NCBI RefSeq assembly: GCF_963853765.1
Contig: NC_088856.1
Location: 6,262,001 to 6,326,000, forward strand
Direction of reading: 5' to 3'
Length of the DNA: 64,000 nt
Source: Magallana gigas
Lineage: Eukaryota
The notes under the pieces are model-generated. The model ran no database searches and was not told the DNA's origin. It worked only from the letters and a program-made list of their open reading frames with translations. Made by a program: the position numbers and the translations under genes. Below, piece after piece: positions 1 to 14,900 of the stretch (the stretch's first letter is position 1; every line of letters starts with the position of its first letter).

Positions 1-255
1 TGAAATTAAAAATCTCATTTTGAAGTGTTAAGCTAAAATTTTGCAAGGACTCCTGGAATCAAGTTTTTTTTTTAGCTTACGAAGAGTCAAACTGTAATTC
101 AAAAACAGTTTGATCATGCTAGATTAATATTCTTAACTGTCCAAGTAGTTCATCTCCTTAGAGTTAGAAACATTTTTTATGCTATCTCTACTTATAGGAC
201 TTAATATCAAAACACAAAAGTCAGAAGGATATAATGGTACCGTCATCCCCGTCAT

Positions 256-345
256 GTTGTAAATTTTGAATTTACCGGGAGGCATTATATACAAAGTATG
301 TAAATTTTGTATCAACCCCCACCCGTTAAATTCAAAATTTACAAC
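256..345. repeat. Perfect 19-bp inverted repeat (GTTGTAAATTTTGAATTTA / TAAATTCAAAATTTACAAC), 52-bp spacer
   Basis: Arms at 256-274 and 327-345 are exact reverse complements. A partial third copy (TGTAAATTTTG) lies near 299-309. Confidence 0.8.
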
Positions 346-3300
346 AGTACAGTTCGACCTTTTTACCGAAATTCATTTTGAATTCAAAGAGGTTCCGTTT
401 CTTTGTTTTACTCATGATATCTTACAACAAACTTCATCCCTTTTATCAACTCTTTCTTAAAAAAAAAATAGGAGAAAAAAAAAAATATTTGAAAGACAAT
501 CAGTTTTAAGGAGAAGCCCTGATATTGATATACATGTAGATATATGTGTGGCTGTAACTGATTTGGTTTGATTTGAACATATTTTATTATGCAAATATAC
601 ATTTACATAAATGAATTGGGCAGCAGGCAATGCCTTTGTAAGCCTTCTTCTCCATCAGTGGCTGTGACTACTTGTGTAAGTAATGGTAGAGGGTTATATG
701 TCTGACCGAAAACCTCACCCTCTCTGATAACAGCCATTTATCTACGTGTGGCACCATTATCTAGAAATATAAGTAAGAATCATGTCCTCAAACTGGACTA
801 CTGTCAACCGTCTCCGGAACGCCGTGTTTATATATCTGAAAAAAATCAAATTTTCATTACCACTTTGTTCAAATGAAAATTATGAAGGTTCTCTTTACAA
901 TTGGGCCTAGCTTTTTACCTTCTGATATTATTCAGATTTTTGTAGATTATTAATTATTCACCGTGGATCAGTTCAAGTTTTGACAGGTTGATCTGATCTT
1001 AATGCACTCTCGTTACCCGTGCAGTTCAAAAGAACCAGACTTAGATCATATACCCGACCATATACCCAAGGCAGTGAGGCAAGCGACCCTGGATTATTAG
1101 TTCAAAAATAAAAAAGAACAGGAAATGCATGTGTGAATCGAGGTTCCTCGGACAAAAGCATCGTCCCCATACAAAGGTTCATTATAATTTTCTATTTTTT
1201 CGTAGATTCTAAAAGCCAATAAATTTTAATGGGACCAAGGACAAGTCTGACGCGATTGAAAATAAAAAAAATTTCGACCGCGACTCAGCCCGAAAATCAA
1301 TATGGCCTTATGTTAACTGGCAGTTAAACAAACTAGGGTCCTTTTATACCCGTTCTAGTTCTTTGTCCAATGCCTATCAATATGTATTCAACTGGTAGAA
1401 AACCCGCGTACACGATATTGAATGTAGGGTTATCGTCTCCGCCACTACGGGTTTCTTTATGCCTTGATGTGCGATAACGTTTCCAATTGTTTTTAACGAA
1501 GCGAGCTAATTGTTGGCCGAATAATCTGATTCAGATATCATTGAGACCATTGTAAGAGCCGATATGTATGTATTAATATTTATGTAGGCTCGCCGCGAGA
1601 CTGTCATATTCTCTGGACGAGTCCAACTGCAGAACTGCGTGAGTCGTGCATGGATTAATAGAGTGCGCATGCTCAATGATGGTGAAAAATTAAGGGAAAT
1701 ATTTTCTAAAGGTAGGAGGATAAATTTTATGATTTATTTTTTTCATCAAATATCATTGTCAATATATCAATTGAATTTAAATTTTCAGGCGATTCAGTTA
1801 AACAGTTGCAAGAGACATGTATTTAGATTTTATCATATCTATATACATTTATGTAGTTGTTTATCTTATTAAATGTATGCAGCGGGTATTATCAACAGCA
1901 TTTTCAAGCTAAAGCAAGAAAAGAGAAAATAATCATATGACAGTATTTGTGTAAAAAAAAATGATAATAATTCATCATTATATATATTTCGGAAAGATAA
2001 GATTTGCCTTTTCATATTAGAATTCTTGTTAGATAGTGAACATTTTTACTATTCAGTGTTAACTTCCTCAATTCTTCATCAAGAATTAGAACCAGGGTGG
2101 TTTGAATCCTAACGGAGCACGTATTTTATATACAAGTTCTACATACTGAACAGTATATAGCATGAAAAGCTTTAATTACAAAAAATATCATTCAAAATTA
2201 TTGCAGTGTAAAAATATTTGTAATATATAAAGCGAGAAAACTAGACCAATAACGGAATCTAGGAATCTGTATGGTATTAATGTCTGGATCTTATTTTTTA
2301 TCCGTGTATCTTGTGTTCTTCATAAACCTTCAATTAAAAAAACTCAATATTAAAAGCAATCAGAGAAAAATTCCATATTTGAGAATTCATGTAGTTTGAA
2401 ATAGTGTGTCCCCATTCAACTATTGTCAATGGAAGCCATATCAAGATTTTAGCTTTATTTCTTGGGCCTACGTTTATTTCTGCAGGGATAGAATATTTCC
2501 TATTAGTCTGTATATATATACATCTACATGTCGATTGCTTTGTTACAGTAATGGATTACATACTTGTGGCCTCTTTGGGACATGGCTTATGTAACATTAA
2601 TCTGGCTCTGAAAGAAAATAATTCCCGTTTATTTTGTTATAGACTTTATAAGTCATAAGATGTAGCATAAACACAAAATTCGTCATTTATAAAATATTTT
2701 ATTTTTGTTTTCATAGTTGTTGGGTATTTTCACCGACAGTGAATATTTAAAGACACTCGTACAAAGTCATAAACAGAATCTAGTTTGAATGTAGCTTTAA
2801 AAACGTAATTTTTTTGTAGTGATATGGTTTGACAGTTAAGGGTCGTGTCGTATTTCATCAAAGCTGTTCCGTCCTTGGTGATGCTTAAATACCCGAAATG
2901 GCGCTTTATGCAAGAGTGTCTGGGTCATCAACGCTATCTAGTGTCAAAGAAAATATATTCCATGTCAGTTTGAATGACTTGAGAGCAAACACTTTAAAAA
3001 ACCTGTTGATTTATTATTACAATTTCAAACTACATAATTCTTTAGATGTTTTTTCCAAGCGAGTTGGTCGCAGTTTTTATAAGTTTAAGCAACCATAGGT
3101 TTGTTGACAATTGGATGTGCTTTAAAGCTGATGATATCACGGGTGAATACAATGGAGTTTTTATTAGATGAGCCGCTGGATAGCACAGCTCTATGTTTTT
3201 TAACTGATTTAAGTAAGGGGTCCTGCTTTTGTTTAGCAGAAGTCTGTTCCTTTATAAACCAGAGGTAGTGTGCACTTCTGCCAAACTGAGATCATAATTA

Positions 3301-5222
3301 TCAGATTCTAAAATCTTCTTTTGTTTGGATTTCGACTGGGGTCCCGTATTTAAACAATTTTTTTCTATATATATAAACAATGTATATGTACAAACCAAAT
3401 AACATGGTATTAGATCACGTTGTAATTATAGATGTAGGTAGTGTCCAGGTTTCTTTTTATTCACTATTGCGCAAATTAGGTTTTTTCCAAAGTGTAACAC
3501 TTGTAAAAATTATCGGGAAAGTATCTGATACTTATTGAATTTAGTGCATAGAACCTTAATGTAACCAACTTCCCTATCTACTTTCTGTGTTGACTTAAGT
3601 TGACTTCGAATTTCGTATAATAAATTTACCGACCAATTAAGGGGTTTATTTTTCTTCGTTGAACACTATCTTTGCAAACATTTAACATTTAAGCAATTTC
3701 TCTTGATAAACTTAGTTCTCGTTTTACGATATAGATAGAAAGCATCAACAGAGGGATCAGTTTCGTCAGGCAGGGAGTTCAGTTATCGACACATTAAGCA
3801 TTTGTTTGTGAAACGTTCGCGTAAGGTCAATTTCCCTCGTTTTGTTACCCTTATCTACCTGTACCAATAGATGGCGCACTTTTCCTGTTCTTTTTGACGT
3901 AACAGAAACTGTTATCGATGATTTTGTAAATATTTTTTCAAGACCCGAGAGAAATTCGATTTCCAAGTCGTTCCAAAGATAAGATCTTTCTGACAAATAT
4001 TTCACTATTATATACTGATACAAAAAGATTGGCCATAGGGTAGAGCCCCTCAGAAATCACGACCTTCAATTTGTTTCAACAATTGATTTGGAAGCGAAAG
4101 CGGTGTTAGATTTTTTTCTATTATCTTTTTAGATAAAATCTAGACATGAATTTTAGATAGACAGTTTCATGAACTCTCCGGGCGCAAGGTTACATAACTT
4201 TCAAATGCAAACACAAACACAGAATTACATAAATCCAATAAAGCAAGATAAAATATGAGCAAATATTTGAGCATATTTTTAAATTGAATGTAAAGATGGT
4301 CTCCCTGTCGTCACGTTTTACAATACGTTAATTTTCTTACACAGTCTTACTCAAATAATGATATCTACTTCGAGATTTTAACGAACCACCTTACATCGAG
4401 TTGGGCAAATATCAAGAGACGGCCATATCTAAATTATCCCACAGAAAAGAGAACCCCGTGGGCTTTAACAATGCTTGACATTCCTCCAGTCGAATTTGTT
4501 TTGGTAATTCGTCAAGATCAAGTACTTTTTTAAAAGAAAACAAACAACAGCTTATGACTTTCGATAGTCAATTTCCATTTCGATTATCGAAAAGACAAGT
4601 CGATTTTGTGTACACAACTCTACAGCGTTATTGCCAATGACACTTTCACAAAAAGTCCTCCATGGGTAGTTGATGGTTCGGATTGGCCGGGATTATGTCG
4701 TTAAAAGGCAAGATTGGCTGTGATCAATACTTGAGAAATGTCGGACATAGTATATTATAAAAAGAAACTCCAATGCCAATCACTTTTGATCATTAAAATT
4801 CAGGTGATCTCAGTGTAAGGTGACAGACATTATAAACACTACTTTTTGTATAACAGGTCTTTTGATTTCAGCTCTTTTCCAGTCATCTACACCAATCTAT
4901 GTCTACTAACCGCTAATTTTTAAAGACCTCCAGGATTTTATTTTAGAGTAAATCTGTTTGATACTGAAATTGAAGAAAGAAATTTGAACCTAAGTCAATT
5001 TGGCAATGGCTTTTGGCCTTTATCTCTTAGAATAAAATTTCTTTAAGCGTTCTTTTCACCTGTAAATCAAACTTTTAACAGGTCAAGTTTAAAAACTATG
5101 CAACCCTTTAATTCCTTTGACTTTTTAACTTAACGCCACCTGTTTCACTTCACTCAGACATAAAGTCAATGTTTCCCAAACAATCTTTAACCAATTGCAC
5201 ACCAAAGAAAATTATCTAAATT

Positions 5223-5376
5223 NNNNNNNNNNNNNNNNNNNNNNNNNNNNNNNNNNNNNNNNNNNNNNNNNNNNNNNNNNNNNNNNNNNNNNNNNNNNNN
5301 NNNNNNNNNNNNNNNNNNNNNNNNNNNNNNNNNNNNNNNNNNNNNNNNNNNNNNNNNNNNNNNNNNNNNNNNNNNN
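5223..5376. other. Assembly gap (N run)
   Basis: 154 N; ORFs spanning it are artefacts. Confidence 1.
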
Positions 5377-7314
5377 NCCCCAATGTGTGTCACATTTCAG
5401 ATATTGTCTTTTGCGATTAAATAACAAAGCTTTCGTCTCCCCTTTCAAAACGTACAGGTTCGAATTATTAGAAAATAAACTTTAGAAGGGATTTCAAGTT
5501 TTGTGGACCAAACTTCGTATCTCGGTGATTTATCAAGCCTTACGTAGAATTCTTCTTTTTAAAGCGGAGAATTGGGCATTAAAAGAGATATTCGAATGAG
5601 CAATAAAATTGTTAGTAAATATACTATACCGATCAAAGCGAATCACCTCACCCACCTCAAAATATGGCATAATTACCCAACAGGGAAGATATAGGGTGCA
5701 GTAGGTGTTTGTTCACGGCTTCTGATTCAATACCCCCGATTTGTCTGCATTTGCGAGTGTTTGCCATACCAACGGGCTCAAGGAACAACATATTTTATTG
5801 AAGTAGAGAGTTGAAAGAGAAAAGTTCGTTTCTTTTCTCCTTTTTCACATTTTGAATTTGTGTTTGTTGTGATCTTTTGGTGAATTATTCATCTTACACT
5901 TTTTTTATTGAAAGAAAATTATGTGTGACGAAGATCACAATTTTTTTTAGATGAATGATAAAAAGAGAGGGCGATGAAAAATGTTAAATTTAACAGCAAG
6001 TGGCTAGGATTAACGTCTTCTTATCAATGATTATTCCATGATCTTGCAAGATCAGGAAATACATTCATGTATTTACATAACCATAAACGGGTCTTCATTA
6101 AAATCAAGGTATCGAGTTATAACTACTGGTTACCATTCAGAATTATGATTCATTTTAACGTGTAAATTTGCACAAGATTCAGTCACGTGGTCCTTCAGGT
6201 TCATACAAACGTCTTGAGATATAAAATTAATACAAGTGTAATACAAATATGCACTTTGCTACAAAAAGTTGAAATATTGTATTTTTCTATCAGATACGAG
6301 GTCAACCCGGCTGTGTCGCGTTTCTAAAACCTGTAGGAATTTTTAATATATTTGCCTGACACATTGAGCTCACGTTAATGAACAGAAGTTCTTTAATTAT
6401 GCAACGCAAACAAAGCAATCTCAACAGAAGTAGTCTAATAAGGGATTAAATGTCCCGGATGACAACCAATGGCATGGGGGTTGTTTGTTGAATACTTACT
6501 AATCTATAACTATACATTTGTCGAGTTCATATTAGAGAAAATCACAGTTTTTACGTAACATAGTCGCGTATCCCTCTTCGATAACAGGTATTTACATACT
6601 AACACCCTTCATGCCAAATTGGGCATTTTTTCGATACACTGGTATCAAATTTAATTAAATGGTTTAATGAAAGAATTTGCCACATCGACGCTTCGATTAA
6701 TTCCAAAGATTGTCCAAGTTTCTATGTGACTTTGAGGTGTGAATCATCTTACAGGACGTCTGCTCCCTGCTTTTCTGACTACCGGTTTTAATGTAAATAA
6801 AAAGATTTGGAAGTTGTCATTCTCCTGGGTCTAATGCCCTCACTCGGACATATCCCTATCGGTCTTATCTCCTGGAACACCACAATACACCGAATTCCTC
6901 ACCCTCGTCACTGAGAAAAAAATGTATGAAAAATGCCAGGAGCGAAAAGGTTTCTTGGCTGTCAAAAACTTTCTGAAAAAAGTCCTCTGTAAAAACTATG
7001 CAAAAATATTCATATCCAATTGAATTGAATTTCAAAGGTAAAACATTGAATTTTTTTCTTCGAATTTCAATTTAACCAATATATTCTATTATGCAAAATA
7101 AACATATTAAAGGATTGGATTAGACAGAATCTATGTTAGCCCTCTCCCTTTTTCTTTTGATAGGTACTGGCAGTGGAAAATGTACATGTAGTATGAGGCT
7201 AGAAAAATCATGGTTTTTTTTGGGTATTATTTACGGGGAACTGAGCGCTAAATAGTTAACTGACCAATATCTTAACTCAGTGCAAAACGACACTAGGCAC
7301 TGAAAGCGTAGTCC

Positions 7315-7637
7315 CAATCGCAACTTCTCGGGCCTTTCCGGCAGGCTCGGAAAAACACCTCGAAAGTATTACCTAGGCGTCCACGACAACCCCCCTTTTT
7401 GCAAAACTTGAAATAAATAAAACACATTTTACGATCTGTTGAGATGTGAGCTATACTTCATTAAAGTAAACGATATACACTAAAATATAACACAGAAGCG
7501 ACATACAAGATTGTCTAACCGATACTTATTTTAATGGGAAGCGACTCCATTTTGTATAAAATTCTAACATCCGGTGATGTTAATACATTCGAGGTGTTTT
7601 TCCGAGCCTGCCGGAAAGGCCCGAGAAGTTGCGATTG
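7315..7637. mobile_element. Non-autonomous DNA transposon (MITE), 323 bp, MULE/Mutator-like by TSD length
   Basis: TIRs at 7315-7371 and 7581-7637 (57 bp, one mismatch; CAATCGCAACTTCTCGGGCCTTTCCGGCAGGCTCGG...). Identical 10-bp flanking direct repeat AGCGTAGTCC at 7305-7314 and 7638-7647. No internal transposase. Confidence 0.9.
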
Positions 7638-8872
7638 AGCGTAGTCCGTCTTTCCACTAAGTAAAGTTTGAGAAATAATGTCAATGTCTTGCGTGCAGCA
7701 AAATCCCATTAAAGCTTTGATATTGAAAAGACTTCACACATGTATCAGTTTCATAAGGACAATTAGTAAACTATATGATCATTTGATTTAATTTTGATAA
7801 ATAAAGGTGAATCAATGTCTAAGACAGTTTCATTCAAACGGCCTCGAACCATAAGATCTTTTACGGCCTGAACTCTAGGTCGGTGCATAGGTATTGAAAA
7901 AAGTTTGATTGGCTAATATGTGTACATGTTTTGTGGGGAGCTTTTCCAGCGGCAATAATTCCCAATATGTGTGCATAGGAAGGTTTTTAATGAGGATATC
8001 GGATCCCAGAATGCTCTTAAACCCATGATTTACAGCCCCCTTCTAGTTTTATTAAGTAATCACATCTAAGAGGAACGTATGATTAGCTCTTAAATGGGTT
8101 GTATTTGTACAACTCGACTTCTTGCTTTACCAGGCATTGGGCACATTCACCCCTGCTTCTCTCTCTGCCCTCAGGATGAATGAGCAGGAGAATTAGAGAT
8201 TTTAATGTCACCTTAAACCGAGAAATCACCACAACTTGCCCTGTCAGTCAAGTATATTCAGGCCTATAGATAGAGACTGTTTCCTTTAATGCAAACGTAA
8301 TACCAGTCTTTGCGCTACATGTAACATTCTTTGTTCAAACAATTTTCCTGTATTCTATGTATTAAATGCGGCGATTAGTTGGTGAAAGGAGAGCGATTTT
8401 CTTCCTTTTAAAGTTTTCATTGACAATGGGTAAATATCGAAACACCTTAGTCTACCTAAATTGTCCGTCCTTATAGGTGTAAAATGTCTGGATTGGAAAT
8501 TCTTTTGGAATAAGTGAATAAGGCGTGATACTTTGTCCTCAGTGAACAGAAATGTCTCCAGTGCACAGGTAGGTCGAAACTACTTTTCAATTAATTGTAT
8601 TTTGGGGATGGGGATGCAATATGGTGCATTTGTCTGAGGAACCGACCACCTAAATAGAGGGTTCGCAAGTTCTGCTATAGTTTGGTTTAACCATATGTTA
8701 TTGGTGCTTAAATCAAAAGTCTCGGAAAACAATTTAAAAAGCAAGTTACTAAATTCTCTCTAGTTTTGATATACATTGTCTATCCGTTTGTTTTACTAGA
8801 AATCGTGAAAAACTTTACAAAAATAAAAAGAAACGCTAAAGAAATATTATTCCAATATCAATATAACATCCG

Positions 8873-8875
<3 letters not shown>

Positions 8876-8911
<36 letters not shown>
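8876..8911. repeat. Poly-T tract (36 nt)
   Basis: Directly visible homopolymer. Confidence 0.95.
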
Positions 8912-8913
<2 letters not shown>

Positions 8914-11900
8914 ATTTCAAATTTCGTATCATAAGATTAAAAAGAAGCTGAAGTGTTTTTTTAACGCAGTAATTTTCATCAATGTCTTAACAAAAAAGGT
9001 AAAGTGCAGTATATGACTTTCTGGTATCAAGTGTGATATAATGAATAATGAATATGATGATCATTTCTTAGTATATATATTTATCATATTTGGAAAACCA
9101 CGAGTAGTATAAAAAAAATAGAAATAAGACATTACCTCTTTTCTGCTCTTCTACTAGATTTATGATGCACATATATAACATTAAAAGTGGATATTTGAAG
9201 CTGTAATTATACCCATATATCAAACAACATTTTTGAGGATATATTCATACACGGATGTAATGCCTGATAATTTGTCCTATAAGATCATAGGCAGTAGAGG
9301 AGTCATGATTCAACGAACCCAAAGCAGGTGCGATCGCAATGCTTTTGAAATTTCATTTGAAGAAAAAATATCTACAAAAAACGCTTGACTGAAATATGAG
9401 GAGCTTAGAAAACATTGACAAGCAAAGTAAGACCATCAATCAATCATAAACAGATTTGCATAATTTGAGGATTATCTCCAACTTCACGATTAAATTTCAT
9501 TACGAAAAAAAAAACTTCTCCCGGTTGTGTTTTTGGCCCGACATTCTATATTCGAAAGATTTCACATGTATAAATGATAAGTTGCTGAATAAATCAACAG
9601 TGTGTTATGGACCTGTAGATTAATGCATTAGAGAATTAAGACTGTATAAGGTACCATATCACTCTATTGACATTCGTGTTTCTCGGAGCTAGAGCTTTGT
9701 GAAGAAGCAAGCCCGACTTGACGAAATCGATCTGTGTGTGGTAGATAAAGTTATCAAGCTTCGCTATATAGTGACATTTTTCTGAACATGGTATCTGGAA
9801 TCGTCATTTAAACTGATTCTAAACTCCTACAGTTTGGGTAACATGGATTTTCCGTCTATGAAATGCTAGATGTGATGTCCTTAGTCTGCTAAATTGAAGG
9901 CGTGGGTGACAATATACATAAACTAACTAAAACATGTATTAGTTGAGAATTTAGAACACGTTTTTCAGGAATATAAGTTAAATCAAATACATGTACTAGT
10001 ATTTTTAACAAATTTAGCTTATATAACCCCTGGGTATAAGTAGTCATTTATATCTGAAGGAGGGTTAGTTTTTCAGTCATGTAAACTCGGCATAATTGCA
10101 ATTATGATTGCGTTTGGTTAAGTGAAATCCATTTCTCCACAAATACTTTTTAAGTAGAATGTTAGAGAGAGACGTTGCTACTTAATAGGAAAAGTGAGAA
10201 ACTGTAATCTTCCTACATAGAGTCTTATTGTCCTAGCTCTCTATCTCATGAAATCCCCTTTGTCTGGATCACAGTAACCTGCTTTAAATGTTCAATTATT
10301 TACTTAAAAATCCCATTGAGCTGTCATTTAAGGCTTAAAGTTTTTTTTTCTCGATTTAAACTTTTATCATATGTTTGTTTGCATTCTCTGTTGAAATATC
10401 AAATAATTTTCTTAATCCAAACATGGCCTCTTGATATATTAGATTCAAACAAACTGTATTTTTGTGAAACCCAGGGCTTGCTGACGTATGTATGTGTTTT
10501 ATATGAATTAGTGCACAGTCTAGTATATTTTTGTGACGATTTGAAGAAACAATGCAAAAAACTTGAAGCTCCGCGTTGGTACCAAATATAAAATTGATAA
10601 TTAAATTGCAGATTGTTTATTCTAAAAACGTCAACGTGTTTATTCATAAATACCAAGCACTTCAACCAAATAAAGGTATTTGAATAAATTAACCTTTTTT
10701 TAAACTTTAAACAGTGATTCGGGGATCCAACAGAAGTACAGACCGGTTTTTGGTCGCGTCGTGTTGACCAGGGCATTTTAACTTTTCGGCTTACGCAAAC
10801 ATTCAAAAGTACAAATCAAATGAACAATGGCATCACTTTTACTATTTGTCTTAAGTGACTTTTATTGAGTTTTGATCTTTGTTTGGCGTGCCTGCATGCG
10901 ACAACAGATGCGGGGCTGGTCGGTTTGATCCCTGGCTTTATTGTCATTGCCAGACCATAGCAGACTCCTTATTACATAATGTCGAAATTAACTAGTAGTT
11001 CCACACGGTTTCCAGGCTTGGGTGGAGGAATTTCCTCTCGGTGTGTGTAAGTAGCTGCGCCGCGTATGTTGGACTCTTTATTCTTATAATTCGTGGACAG
11101 TTATAAGATGTATTTTCTATTTTTAACACGTTATAGCAATATTGATATCCAGCGAACGCAATATAGATCTTTGTCATAATATTTTTACGATTCATTTTGA
11201 GAGTGTAACTCAATTTTTTCCAAACTGTTTAATATATTATCGAAGTGATCTTTGAAATCCCCTATTTAGGACATTTTCTTTGTTTTCTTCCTATTCGCCA
11301 AAAATTTGTCATTCATTTACGCGATTCATTTTGTACAATACTCACTACGTGCTATTTAATTATTGTACTTTTAAAGAGAAAAGATGTCAAAATTTCGGCG
11401 CTTGAACCGCCTTCTGCATGTTACACAAAAACAATGTAAATCAATCTTTTAACCATCTCTAAAATGTCGAGATGGCATATGTTGCATTGAGGGTTACCCG
11501 GGCACTGTGTGCAGATCTTATCACGGCCCGACCCACATTTAATATTCCTTTAAATATTCGACTCACATCAGTCAAGTTCTTAATATTACAAGACATTCAG
11601 CCCGATATCTCATGAATAAATCATCAATTTTAACAAGTCTAATTGATAAGTGGAGTACATTTGTTAATGAATGGCCGCTATGGTTTTTGGGGGACTTCTC
11701 AATGCTTCTCGAGTTATACTCAGACAAGATAGTCAATGTCAGCCCCCATGGGATGACATGACAGTTTATGAGTTTGTTCTTCCGAGCTGTCTTTTTTTAA
11801 AAGTCTTGTTTGCAGATATCGATAACATCATATTGTGTTTTATAAGTATAAATAAATTGGTCATGATTATTATGAATCAATAAAGCAATATGTCTTATTC

Positions 11901-14900
11901 AGCCGCGCATGTCTTCTCAGAGATTGTGTGAAGTAGTCTGGAAAATGAAGACCCTGTTTAAATCTTTTATTTAGGACCAGTTTTTAAATTTTATCATCGA
12001 GATAATCGTCTGACCAACACTAGCTTGAAATAAAATGTATGAAAGAGCTTCCTCGAGCTGTGACTATGTATTATTTTTATCCGTTCAGCTCTATGTAGAA
12101 TTTATTTTAAATCGTGGATATGAAATTTAATCATAGAACACTTTGGAATATTCCTTTTCATAAATTATTAGGGCTAAATCATCGTTGCTACTGGGTTTTT
12201 TTTTGTCTTGATGTGAACTCATTCTAGCTTTAAAAAAATACACTGGCTTTTAAAATACCTTCATATTAGGCTCATTTTTTGTAAATAAGGAAAAATATTC
12301 AATGAACGAATGTCCTTTATACAAATACATGCAAAAAAAACCGTTTCTTTTTGCCATGTTTATTAGCTCTGTTAAAAGGAGAGAGTGCCACTGATGGAAA
12401 TAAGCCGCCTGTAAGTGTTTGTTTGTCTCTCTGTGCAAATCTCTTTGTTTGCTATGCTTGTCAATATTCCATCTACGGTTCAATTTCAACTTTTAGACCT
12501 TAATAATGTTTTCATGTTCATTTTCATGCCAAATATGATAATTAATTGACTGTACTTCACAGTAGGTGGTAAGGCGAATATTATGAGTGTAGAGGTTTGT
12601 TTGCGTTTTGTCAAATTTTAACTCGTAAATTTAAAATTTTGGTTAATGATGACTGTCAAAAATTAAGTTTTGTGCAAAACATATTAACCATTCTTTTGTC
12701 AATTCAATCAAGTATTTGAATAATATATTGTAGATCTATGTCTAGATATTATAGGTCTTCCTTTTAATTATCATTACCAAAACCTTCAACACCTAATATA
12801 TTTACTGTTGAGTAGACCTTATGCTAAATTATAGGCATATCGACCAAATAAAAAGAAGCACCAGTTGACGGCACAATCATATACATGTTCTACATTTTAA
12901 CGAAGAATATATTCTTTCAAGTAGACATTTAACTGCTCTGCAGTTTTAAATAAACGATTATATATATTAAAACTTATATAATGTACCTTAATTATGCAGA
13001 CTTTCAAACTTCAAAGTAATCTACTTTTAGATCAGTATTTCCATTCAAGACACCCATGCTTTTTGAGACAAGATAATGTAGCTTTTAGTTCTCTGGACGG
13101 GGATTTAATTTGTAATTGAACTTTTTGAAACTTTCCATCGTTCACCTCATTTATCAAAATGTTCGAAAATTTAGATAACAAATATTAAAGCGTATTTATG
13201 AAATGATTGGCTGTTAGAAATTTAATGATGTAATTTTGCCCCGTCTTTCACTCTGGTTATTCTCGCGTTGTTTGTTAATCTTGCGTTATTTGGTTGAGAA
13301 CGCTCTCGCCCAGACAGCTGACGTTTTTAGAGATGACGTGGGCGACACTGAATACGTTGTGATTGTGGAGATTCACGGTGCACTGAGATTAAAGCATACA
13401 ATCGTCTTAAAAAACCTGGGATTTTTTGTTCACCTAATAAATGGTAATTTGGGCCTGCTAAAGTGTTCTTTGTACCCGCTATCCATGTGCTCTTTGGTCG
13501 CCATGGTAACAGTGTCCGCCCACGTGGCAAGGAGGGTGATTCTTTTGGGTGGCATTCATTTTCCAAAGCAGTCTAATAATTTTTTTTGTTAAAATTAGCA
13601 TTAATATTAATTTGTGAGATGAGATGTGTCCCTTAATTTCAAAGGTTCACCTTTGAATGTGAAGTACTATGGATGCATAATCGAAGTATTTTATGCGTCC
13701 TTTCTCGTCGTTTATGAGCGTGGGGGGGGGGGGGTAGATTCAGATTTTTGAATGGAGATTAAAACATTTGCATGCAACGTAAAAAACCAAGGCAAGTACA
13801 TGTATACAGGCATGTCTATATTATCTGTTTCTTTCGACTATACATAATCACTTCTTCGTGGGGGTGTTCTTTAGGATTAAGAGACGGGGTGTGGCGTGTG
13901 GTCTAAGTCTTAGAGACCCAGTAAGAACAGAGTTGCTTTGCTTCAGTTGTTATAACAAGACATACCGATGCTTTGCGACAAATGTCAAGCAGACAGATTT
14001 GTATTAGTCAGACCAATGATACCCCCCTCCTGCTTCCAAATACACAAGGACTTTTCTTTTTCTCTTTCTTTCGAATTCAATAACTTTCCTTCGTAATATT
14101 CCCCCTTTTATCATAAAAACAAGCTTTCATTGATTAAGTCTGACATGCCTCAAGTTTTTTTGTATGAAATTTGATAAACTATATGATCCCCGCTGGGTGA
14201 AATTTTCCCTTTCTTGTCCGCAAATACTAGTGTTATGTAACGGTGAGATAATGCAATAAAACATATCTGGACAGATTCCTGATTGTTGTAGTTTTGACGG
14301 AAATAAATTATCTTTTGACTGATACTCGTGCATGGTGCACAAGACATGGTTTTTGTCAGGGTGCTTGTTAACTGGTTGCAAAAAACATCTCCCCCACGCA
14401 AGAAGTTTATTCTGGGTTTATCAAATCAATTAAAAGTTGAATAAATTTAGCATCTAATTGATTTCCGATATCTTCTAACATGTCTTCGCTGCCGAGGGTT
14501 CTTAAGAAGAGTTTGAGATGTTAAACTAGTTTCTAAAAAAGCCACTTCTCTCGACTCGAGAATATTAAATATCCGAAAAATATTGGTATGTACATGTTTA
14601 TCAACTTTGTTCACTCGTACATCGGTTCGACCATTTGGAACTTTTCTAAATAGCGACATATGAGATAAGTTGTTAAAGTCCGTCCATATTACATGAACTG
14701 TTTAGAAAAGGTTTTAATGAGGTCAGAGAATCAGACGAAATTTCAGAATAAGGTCAATTGACCATTATTGACACAGAGATAATTCCTTTCAAATTGGTCA
14801 AACTGGTACTTATATCGAACGCGTTTTCAGTTGGAATGTTATTATCTGATGTGGAATTGAATGATTATTATAAAGGATTTCACACTGAATTACGGGCCAG

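Noticed and set aside
6770-8270. Minus-strand exon-like blocks (good acceptor near 6912; block 8120-8260)
   Set aside because: All frames close early and I could not build a coding chain.
8876-8911. Poly-T as the poly(A) tail of a retrocopy
   Set aside because: No polyadenylation signal, TSD or element body adjacent.
13236-13592. Overlapping ORFs on both strands in a GC-richer block
   Set aside because: No recognisable domain and no consistent splice model; it may be UTR or regulatory sequence.
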